Part shown: one piece after another, positions 8,472 through 15,733 of the stretch
How the letters are laid out: every line of letters begins with the position of its first letter
How positions within the stretch are numbered: position 1 is the stretch's first letter
Notes under the pieces: model-generated
What the model saw: the letters and a program-made list of their open reading frames with translations, nothing else
Databases searched by the model: none
Told to the model about the DNA's origin: nothing
Position numbers and translations under genes: made by a program
Source: Candidatus Tayloriibacteriota bacterium
Lineage (GTDB): Bacteria; Patescibacteriota; Minisyncoccia; Phycocordibacterales; PALSA-1337
Length of the DNA stretch: 64,000 bases
Assembly: GCA_943350765.1 (NCBI GenBank)
Contig: CALRAJ010000001.1
Location: forward strand, 16,873 to 80,872
Direction: 5' to 3'

Positions 8472-9551
8472 ATGCCAGTCATCCTCGATGTTGTAAAAGT
8501 ATTTTTCCCAGCTACATTAGCTTTTTTTATTGGGCTCGTACTTTCTGTAGCACTTTCGCATTATTTGTATGAATACAAGATGTGGAAAAAGAAGTCTGGA
8601 AAAATAGCGCCTGATGGTCGCGAGACACCGATTTTTAATTCTTTACACAAAGATAGAGAAGTCAGTACTCCTAAAATGGGTGGTATTGTGATCTGGCTTT
8701 CAACCTTCTTGACGATTAGCTTCTTTTGGCTAGTCGCCCACTTTTTCCCCACAAGCCTTACAGGTAAGCTCGACCTACTTAGCCGTAATCAAACATGGAT
8801 ACCACTCCTCACACTTATCCTCGGTGCATTGGTAGGGCTAGTAGATGATTTATACGAAATCCGTGGTGGTGGAGGGCATATCGCAGGAGGACTTTCGCTT
8901 CGTAAAAGGATCGGTATTGTAGCTATTATCGCTTTTCTCTGTGGTGTTTGGTTTTATACCAAGCTTGGCGTGGTATCACTTGGAGTACCATTTTTGGGAG
9001 ATGTGTCCATTGGCTGGCTCATTATACCTATATTTGTTTTGGTTATGACAGCTGTATATTCTGGTGGGGTAATAGATGGTATAGACGGTCTAGCTGGAGG
9101 AGTTTTTGCTATTATGTTTAGTGCCTATTCTATCATTGCTTTTTATCAACAACAGATAAATCTCGCTAGTTTTTGTGCGGTGATTGTGGGTAGCCTCCTA
9201 GCGTTTTTGTGGTTCAATATCCCACCTGCTCGATTTTATATGTCTGAGACGGGAAGTATGGCACTCACGATCACACTTTCAGTGGTTGCATTTATGACGG
9301 ACTCGCTCGGTGAGGGGCATGGTATTTTTGTCCTTCCGATTATTGCTTTTCCACTTGTCATTACGACACTTTCGGTGATTATCCAGCTTTTTTCTAAAAA
9401 GATGCGGAATGGCAAAAAAGTATTTCTAGTAGCACCACTCCATCATCATTTCGAGGCTATCGGCTGGCCTGCACACAAAGTAACGATGCGATATTGGGTA
9501 TTTAGTGTGATTTTCGCTATCATTGGGGTAACGGTTGCTTTAGTGGGATAA
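8472..9551 (+). CDS. mraY: phospho-N-acetylmuramoyl-pentapeptide transferase (glycosyltransferase family 4)
   Basis: A polytopic membrane protein with a DD motif (VDDLYE), a GIDGLAGG motif and the HHHFE motif characteristic of MraY. Confidence 0.7.
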   Translation: MPVILDVVKVFFPATLAFFIGLVLSVALSHYLYEYKMWKKKSGKIAPDGRETPIFNSLHKDREVSTPKMGGIVIWLSTFLTISFFWLVAHFFPTSLTGKLDLLSRNQTWIPLLTLILGALVGLVDDLYEIRGGGGHIAGGLSLRKRIGIVAIIAFLCGVWFYTKLGVVSLGVPFLGDVSIGWLIIPIFVLVMTAVYSGGVIDGIDGLAGGVFAIMFSAYSIIAFYQQQINLASFCAVIVGSLLAFLWFNIPPARFYMSETGSMALTITLSVVAFMTDSLGEGHGIFVLPIIAFPLVITTLSVIIQLFSKKMRNGKKVFLVAPLHHHFEAIGWPAHKVTMRYWVFSVIFAIIGVTVALVG

Positions 9552-9801
9552 ATGTTCAATCCTACCTAAACAGTCGAAAAACTCATTTTTTGGCAAAAAT
9601 GAGAATGGCTCTGTAGAGCCATTCTCATCGGCTAAACCCCGTGTTTAGCCGATGAAAACGGGGATTTGTATTCCACTAAATTTTCTACTGAAAATTTAGT
9701 GGAATAAACCTGTATTTTTTGTTAAAAAAACCTGTAGATGTATACTGTAATGTGTGGTCGTACGGTTGTGGTATACATGGCAAATGGTGCTGTTTTTTAA
9801 A

Positions 9802-9828
9802 TAAAAAAACCGAGCTTTTACACTCGGC
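9802..9828 (-). terminator. rho-independent terminator (CCGAGTGTAAAAGCTCGG followed by a T-run, read on the minus strand)
   Basis: A hairpin plus T-run lies immediately downstream of the stop codon of the minus-strand ORF 9849-10040. Confidence 0.5.
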
Positions 9829-9848
9829 TAAACTACCCATATATCTAT

Positions 9849-10040
9849 TTAATAGCCAGTATCCTCGCTGTATATGATTGAAACTATGTGTTTACCGCTC
9901 ATATCCACACAGTGAGTGTGTGAGACAACCGTGACCTTTTTATGTCTTAAAAACCACGAGTTAATCTCCCCTCCAACCATTTCTGTCGCATCGACAGCAC
10001 TGGATGTTTGTTTGTATGTAAAGAACTTAATTTTGTACAT
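9849..10040 (-). CDS. small protein, 63 aa, unknown function
   Basis: An AAAGGTGG Shine-Dalgarno-like motif precedes the ATG, and a clean intrinsic terminator follows the stop. No family was recognised. Confidence 0.45.
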   Translation of the reverse strand: MYKIKFFTYKQTSSAVDATEMVGGEINSWFLRHKKVTVVSHTHCVDMSGKHIVSIIYSEDTGY

Positions 10041-10155
10041 ATTCCACCTTTTCCTAGTTTGACCTACAATTATGAAATTACTTCTTTATAATACTACCTT
10101 ATAGATATATAGTCAAGTATTCTCTTTGCCGCTCTTTTACTGTACTATTGTCCCT

Positions 10156-11418
10156 ATGCGACAATCATTTCTCTTTACTAAGACTAGAAAAGAAGCACCA
10201 AAGGATGAGGTATCACAGAATGCCAAGCTCCTAATCCGTGCCGGGTTTATTCACAAGGAACTCGCTGGGGTGTATTCGTATTTACCTCTAGGTTTGCGGG
10301 TGCTAGAAAAAGTCGTGGGAGTTATCCGCGAGGAGATGAATACTATCGGTGGTCAGGAGGTGACGCTGACCGCACTTCAAGATAAAAAAGTTTGGGAGAC
10401 TACTGGTCGTTGGGACGACACAGTGCTGGATGTCTGGTTTAAAACAAAACTCAAAAATGACACTGAGCTAGGTCTCGGTACGACACACGAGGAACAGCTG
10501 ACAGCACTAATGAAAGATTATATTGCATCATATCGAGATTTACCTAGGTATGTATATCAGTTTCAGACCAAGTTTCGCAATGAGACACGAGCAAAGTCTG
10601 GTATTATGCGTGGGCGAGAGTTTTTGATGAAAGACCTGTACTCTTTTTCAGCAGACCAGAAGTCGCACGATGATTTTTATGAAAAAACAAAGCAGGCGTA
10701 CTCACGAATTTTTGCCCGACTCGGTCTCGGAGATCGTACCTATGTTACATTTGCTTCTGGTGGATCTTTTTCAAAATACTCGCACGAGTTTCAGACTGTT
10801 ACCGATGCTGGTGAGGATAGTATTTTTGTAGACGAAAATAGCAAGGTCGCAATAAATAAAGAGGTTTTTACAGATGAGACACTGAAAAGTCTTGGTTTGA
10901 GCAAGGAAGGGTTTGTTGAGAAAAAATCCGTAGAAGTTGGAAATATCTTTAGTCTCGGCACTAGATTTTCTGATGCATTCGGACTCAATTTTATTGCTTC
11001 AGACGGGACTAAGAAGCCAGTGATCATGGGAAGCTACGGTATTGGTCCAGGACGACTTATGGGTACTATCGTAGAACTGCTTTCTGATGAAAAAGGAATT
11101 ATCTGGCCTCTGGTGGTGGCTCCATTTAAACTCCACTTAGTTGCTCTTTTTGATAAAGAAGATAAGGTAAGGGTGTATGCGGATGCTCTGTATCAAAGGC
11201 TCACTGAGCAGGGTATGGAAGTACTCTATGATGATCGAGACCAAAGAGCTGGGGAGAAATTTGCTGATGCCGATCTCATCGGTATTCCATATCGAGTGAT
11301 AGTCAGCGACAAAACCATAGGTGAAAATGTTTTGGAATTCAAAAATCGAAAGACAGGAGAGACAACAAAAATCTCAGAAACAGAATTACAGAAAATGATG
11401 GCAAAAAAGACAGAATAA
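10156..11418 (+). CDS. proS: prolyl-tRNA synthetase (short form without an editing insertion)
   Basis: The N-terminus MRQSFLFTKTRKEAP is typical of ProRS. Class II motifs and a C-terminal anticodon-binding region are present. The ORF opens at 10126, and a TATAAT box lies at about 10070. Confidence 0.85.
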   Translation: MRQSFLFTKTRKEAPKDEVSQNAKLLIRAGFIHKELAGVYSYLPLGLRVLEKVVGVIREEMNTIGGQEVTLTALQDKKVWETTGRWDDTVLDVWFKTKLKNDTELGLGTTHEEQLTALMKDYIASYRDLPRYVYQFQTKFRNETRAKSGIMRGREFLMKDLYSFSADQKSHDDFYEKTKQAYSRIFARLGLGDRTYVTFASGGSFSKYSHEFQTVTDAGEDSIFVDENSKVAINKEVFTDETLKSLGLSKEGFVEKKSVEVGNIFSLGTRFSDAFGLNFIASDGTKKPVIMGSYGIGPGRLMGTIVELLSDEKGIIWPLVVAPFKLHLVALFDKEDKVRVYADALYQRLTEQGMEVLYDDRDQRAGEKFADADLIGIPYRVIVSDKTIGENVLEFKNRKTGETTKISETELQKMMAKKTE

Positions 11419-11423
11419 ATACT

Positions 11424-12488
11424 ATGGCTACTCCACTAAAAGAAAAAATCTACAGAATGTTTTCAAACGACATAGGTATCGATCTCGGTACAGCCAACAC
11501 ACTGGTCTATTTGCGTGGAAAGGGGATTGTGATCAATGAGCCATCAGTGGTGGCGGTCAATCAAAAAACAGGGCAAGTAGTGGCTGTAGGTTCCAGTGCA
11601 AAAGATATGTTGGGAAGAACACCAGCACATATCGTAGCTGTACGACCACTGGTAGATGGGGTCATTTCCGATTTTGAGGTTACAGAGGAAATGATTGCTT
11701 ATCTGGTAAAAAAGGCTGAAGCACATTCAAAAAAGTTTCTTGGTCCTCGGGTGGTAGTGGGAGTGCCTTCGGGGATTACTAATGTTGAGATTCGTGCTGT
11801 CCGTGATGCTACTCGCAATGCTGGTGCAAGAGAGGTGTATATAGTAGAGGAGCCTATGGCAGGAGCTATAGGTATCAGACTACCAGTAAATGATCCAGTG
11901 GGAAGTATGGTGGTGGATATTGGTGGAGGCACTACAGATGTAGCGGTGATTTCACTGGGTGGAATCGTGCGTTCCAAAAATCTTAAAATTGCAGGTGATA
12001 AGCTCAATAATGATATCATTTCGTACATTAGAAGTGAGTTCAAGATATTGATTGGTGAGAAAACTGCGGAGGCAGTAAAAATCGCTATCGGTTCTGTTTT
12101 GCCAGGACCGGAGCCACTCGAGACCTCTATTCGTGGAAGGGATTTGATCACAGGGCTACCTCGAGAAGTGGTGATTACCGACTCTGATATCCGCGAGGCA
12201 ATGGCGCAGTCTATAGATAATCTTGTAGAATCTGTCAAAGAAGTCCTCGAAACCACCCCTCCAGAAATCATAGCGGATATAATGAAAAATGGAGTGTATC
12301 TGGTAGGTGGCGGAGCTCTCATAAAGGGATTGGATAGACTACTCCATGAAGTATTAAAAATGCCTGTGCATGTGGCGGAAGACCCTTTGACTGCTATTGC
12401 TCGTGGCACAGGTATTATTTTAGAAGATTTGGAAAAGTATCAAGAGGCTCTCATTCAAAACGAAGATGAATTACCTCATAAAAAATAA
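11424..12488 (+). CDS. mreB: rod-shape determining protein MreB (actin homolog)
   Basis: Contains DLGTANT and GGG..D motifs with actin-fold phosphate loops. The size is typical for MreB. Confidence 0.9.
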   Translation: MATPLKEKIYRMFSNDIGIDLGTANTLVYLRGKGIVINEPSVVAVNQKTGQVVAVGSSAKDMLGRTPAHIVAVRPLVDGVISDFEVTEEMIAYLVKKAEAHSKKFLGPRVVVGVPSGITNVEIRAVRDATRNAGAREVYIVEEPMAGAIGIRLPVNDPVGSMVVDIGGGTTDVAVISLGGIVRSKNLKIAGDKLNNDIISYIRSEFKILIGEKTAEAVKIAIGSVLPGPEPLETSIRGRDLITGLPREVVITDSDIREAMAQSIDNLVESVKEVLETTPPEIIADIMKNGVYLVGGGALIKGLDRLLHEVLKMPVHVAEDPLTAIARGTGIILEDLEKYQEALIQNEDELPHKK

Positions 12489-13263
12489 TGTAAGAGGTGA
12501 AAAGGGTAAAAAAAGAACTCGTCTAATTGTCGGTTTATTTGTCATTATAAGTATTTTTCTATCATCACTATTTTCAGGACTTTTCTCAATGATTGGTGGC
12601 TTGATATGGAATGGTGAAAATGCTATTTCACATTCAATACAAAATACTTTTAACTTATTTAAGTCAAAAGATAGTTTACTCACAGAAAATAAAGAGTTAA
12701 ATGATAAAATACAAAGTATGACCTTTGATACATTGGCGATGGATATTTTAAGGGAGGAAAATAAGCAATTGAAGGAGGTTTTGGGTCGGAATGAAAATAA
12801 AAACTCAATACTCGCAAGTGTTTTACGGACACCACCTTTTTCTCCTTACGATACTTTTATTATTGATGTAGGTAAGGATAAAGATATTCAGATCGGAGAT
12901 TATATCTTGATCGGAGAGCATATTCTTTTGGGTGAGATAGTGGAGGTTAATCAGAGATCATCAAAAGCAAAGCTTTTTTCATCATCAGGTACGGTAACGA
13001 GGGTTTTAATAGGAAGCAAATCTATAGCTGTTGAGGCTATTGGTCGTGGAGCTGGCAATTTTGAAGTAGCACTTCCAAGAGAGGTCGGCATCAAGGTGGG
13101 GGATAAGATTATTATTCCAAACATAAGCTCTGTCGTACTCGGTGTAGTAGAACAAATCGATGAGGATCATACCAAAACCATCCAAAGGGTACTTTTTGCT
13201 AGTCCAGCAAATATCCAGTCCGTAAGATGGGTTACTGTAGTTAGTCCAGCTAGTGTAATATAG
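12466..13263 (+). CDS. mreC: rod-shape determining protein MreC
   Basis: The gene overlaps the end of mreB. The product has an N-terminal TM, a coiled-coil region and a C-terminal beta domain, and sits in mreBCD order. Confidence 0.7.
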   Translation: MNYLIKNNVRGEKGKKRTRLIVGLFVIISIFLSSLFSGLFSMIGGLIWNGENAISHSIQNTFNLFKSKDSLLTENKELNDKIQSMTFDTLAMDILREENKQLKEVLGRNENKNSILASVLRTPPFSPYDTFIIDVGKDKDIQIGDYILIGEHILLGEIVEVNQRSSKAKLFSSSGTVTRVLIGSKSIAVEAIGRGAGNFEVALPREVGIKVGDKIIIPNISSVVLGVVEQIDEDHTKTIQRVLFASPANIQSVRWVTVVSPASVI

Positions 13264-13267
13264 ATAT

Positions 13268-13519
13268 ATGTTTAGATTTTTCCTTTCATTTATTGGTTTA
13301 TTAAGTATTTTTTTATTCCCATGGTGGGTTGCTGTTACTTTGGGGATTATTGGTGTTTTGTATTTTGCATCGTATGTAGAAATAGTTTTATTTGGTATTA
13401 TTATTGATGCGTTGTACGGATATGGAAGTAGTTTTAATCGTTTTAGTTTTACATTAGCGGCAATTTTGATTTTGATAGTCGCACCGATTATAAAAAATAG
13501 ACTACTCGTGAGATCATAG
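13268..13519 (+). CDS. mreD: small polytopic membrane protein in the MreD position (MreD-like, unusually short at 83 aa)
   Basis: The call rests on synteny between mreC and mrdA, plus 2-3 predicted TM helices. Confidence 0.4.
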   Translation: MFRFFLSFIGLLSIFLFPWWVAVTLGIIGVLYFASYVEIVLFGIIIDALYGYGSSFNRFSFTLAAILILIVAPIIKNRLLVRS

Positions 13520-13527
13520 AGATACAC

Positions 13528-15237
13528 ATGAACCGTAAAATTAAAAAATATTTTAATGGACTTAAGAGAAAAAAGTATACAGAGATAGACCCCGATGAGA
13601 TTTTTCTGGATTCTAGTAATCTGCCAGAGTTCGATACACATCAATTTGAGGGTCGTATTGAAAAGTCAATATCCAAGACCAGCCTTTTTTTTCTGGGTTT
13701 TTTCTTTTTAATTATTGGTTTTGTGTATGTTTCTAAGGTTTGGGTACTTCAGATAAAAAAAGGTGATGAGTATGCTTTGATGAGTGAGAAAAATCGTTTG
13801 CGTAGTACTTTGGTTTTTGCTGAAAGGGGTATTATTTATGATAGAAATAAAAAAGAGCTTGCATGGAATGTACCGGGAGAAGATGTAAACTTTTCAGTAA
13901 GAAAATATATTGATAAACCGGGTTTTGCACATGTGCTTGGGTATGTAAAATATCCATCAAAAGATATTTACGGGTTTTATTACAGACCAGATTTTGAGGG
14001 CTTTGATGGCATTGAAAAGTTCTATAACGATATTTTAAAGGGCACACATGGATCAAAAATTGTTGAAGTTAATGCTCTGGGAAAAGTTCAGTCAGAAAAT
14101 GTTATTTCTCCAACAAAAGAAGGTACGAGCATCACACTTTCGATCGATTCTGATGTGCAAAGTAAATTTTATGAAAAAATAAAAGAAGTAGCACATGACC
14201 TAGACTTTGTGGGTGGTGCGGGTGTAATTATGGACATAGAGTCAGGAGAGCTCATCGCCTCAGTGAGTTATCCAGAATATAATTCGCAAGTACTTACAGA
14301 TGGAAGTGATAGGAGCCTAATCAATAGTTATGTAAATAGTAAAAGTCGAATATTTCTAAACAGGGTATCAAGTGGCACATATACCCCAGGTTCTGTTGTA
14401 AAGACAGTGATGGCAATGGGCGTACTAAATGAGGGTGTTATTGATCCGAGTACCAAGATTTTGAGTACAGGTTCTATTTCTTTACCTAATCCATATGACC
14501 CAACAAAGTTTTCAACATTTAAAGATTGGAAAGCTCATGGCTGGGTAGATCTGCGGACGGCGATATCCGTGTCATCAAATGTGTATTTTTATGAGGTTGG
14601 TGGTGGATACAAGGAACAAAAAGGTATAGGTATCGCAAATATCGAAAAATACGCAAAACTTTTTGGATTAGGTGAAAAGACTGGGATCGACTTACCAGGT
14701 GAGGTTAGCAAACCAATTCCTAGTCCTGCATGGAAGGCGGTAAATTTTCCAAATGACCCATGGCGAGTTGGGGATACTTATAACACCGTGATTGGCCAGT
14801 ATGGTTTTCAGGTAACACCTATTCAGATGGCGAGGGCTGTTACCGCTATCGCTAATTATGGTAAAGTATTTCAGCCAAGTTTGCTTCTCGGTGATTCATT
14901 CAGTACTGCAAAAATCGTAAGAACATTAGATATTCCAAAAAAGTATTTTGATATTGTCCACGAAGGTATGCGTCAAACCGTGGTTTCTGGAAGTGCGCCT
15001 GGACTGAGGCTTGATAAGGTTGCAGTAGCCGCAAAGACAGGTACCGCTCAGGTGGGTGTGGGTAAGCAGTTTATCAATTCATGGGTAATAGGATTTTTCC
15101 CATACGACAAGCCAAAATATGCTTTCGCACTTTTAATGGAGGAGGGTGATCTCGCGGGTGGATCTGCGTCTGTGAGAGTTATGCGTCAGATGCTTGATTG
15201 GATGTCGGTATATACGCCACAGTATACTAGGGAGTAG
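13528..15237 (+). CDS. mrdA: penicillin-binding protein 2 (elongasome transpeptidase)
   Basis: An N-terminal TM and dimerisation domain are followed by transpeptidase motifs, a SxxK-type motif (TPGSVVK) and a KTGTA motif. Confidence 0.85.
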   Translation: MNRKIKKYFNGLKRKKYTEIDPDEIFLDSSNLPEFDTHQFEGRIEKSISKTSLFFLGFFFLIIGFVYVSKVWVLQIKKGDEYALMSEKNRLRSTLVFAERGIIYDRNKKELAWNVPGEDVNFSVRKYIDKPGFAHVLGYVKYPSKDIYGFYYRPDFEGFDGIEKFYNDILKGTHGSKIVEVNALGKVQSENVISPTKEGTSITLSIDSDVQSKFYEKIKEVAHDLDFVGGAGVIMDIESGELIASVSYPEYNSQVLTDGSDRSLINSYVNSKSRIFLNRVSSGTYTPGSVVKTVMAMGVLNEGVIDPSTKILSTGSISLPNPYDPTKFSTFKDWKAHGWVDLRTAISVSSNVYFYEVGGGYKEQKGIGIANIEKYAKLFGLGEKTGIDLPGEVSKPIPSPAWKAVNFPNDPWRVGDTYNTVIGQYGFQVTPIQMARAVTAIANYGKVFQPSLLLGDSFSTAKIVRTLDIPKKYFDIVHEGMRQTVVSGSAPGLRLDKVAVAAKTGTAQVGVGKQFINSWVIGFFPYDKPKYAFALLMEEGDLAGGSASVRVMRQMLDWMSVYTPQYTRE

Positions 15238-15333
15238 GATGGTGGAGGAGAAAAACAGCCTAAAGGCTCAACGGGCGCCGTTGAGCCTTTGGGCTATTTG
15301 GGGCTTCTATACAGGCATATTTTGTGTATTTTA

Positions 15334-15543
15334 CCACCAAATTACCAAATACCTTTCTAGGCATATCTTTTTGAAGCCTATCGGTTAGGGATAGGCATCT
15401 GTAGACGAAGCCCTTGTATTTTCTTGCTAGAAAATCTCTCAAGTCTCAGCTACCGTCTGGCGCCGTCTACAGGGACACATCATCTAAACGATGTGAAAGT
15501 CTTTCAAAAAGATACGCCTGCGACGGTATTTCGTAATTTGGGG
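15334..15543. repeat. MITE-like palindromic element, full length, reverse orientation
   Basis: The termini are CCACCAAATTACC...GGTATTTCGTAATTTGGGG. It contains a CTGTAGACG...CGTCTACAG inner palindrome and the conserved core. Confidence 0.7.
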
Positions 15544-15715
15544 TACTATACTGAAGTAATCATTTTTTAGATTTTGTGAATTTTTAATTGAAAACCGCAC
15601 ACTGTTGGTGTGAGTTCGTGGCTTATCACTTGTGAGTCTAGGTAGTGTCGAGATGAATCGAAGATATACTTGGTCATCAGGTTCAGCTATCATTCTTCTA
15701 CAAACATAGTCCACT

Positions 15716-15724
15716 TTTTGCTAT
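15716..15724 (+). promoter_or_regulatory. extended -10 box TGCTATACT, 9 nt upstream of the ATG at 15734 (leaderless-type promoter)
   Basis: The same 9-mer recurs before aspS, dnaX and other genes. Confidence 0.4.
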
Positions 15725-15733
15725 ACTATCCCA

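Noticed and set aside
11699-12409. 236 aa ORF on the minus strand, rich in Pro, Ser and Thr
   Set aside because: It lies entirely antisense within the well-supported mreB gene. Its low-complexity composition is typical of an antisense reading frame, and there are no start or stop signals of its own.
13006-13644. 212 aa minus-strand ORF
   Set aside because: It is antisense across the 3' end of mreC, the mreD-like gene and the 5' end of mrdA. It is an AT-rich low-complexity translation (many I, K, N, Y) and would overlap three conserved genes.
15194-15714. Three short ORFs (15194-15388 +, 15260-15442 -, 15484-15714 -) in the mrdA to helicase intergenic region
   Set aside because: They coincide with the MITE-like element copy at 15334-15543 and a GGCTCAAC hairpin. 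Equivalent spurious ORFs appear over the other copies (20516-20821, 24465-24818), so they are read-through of repeats, not genes.
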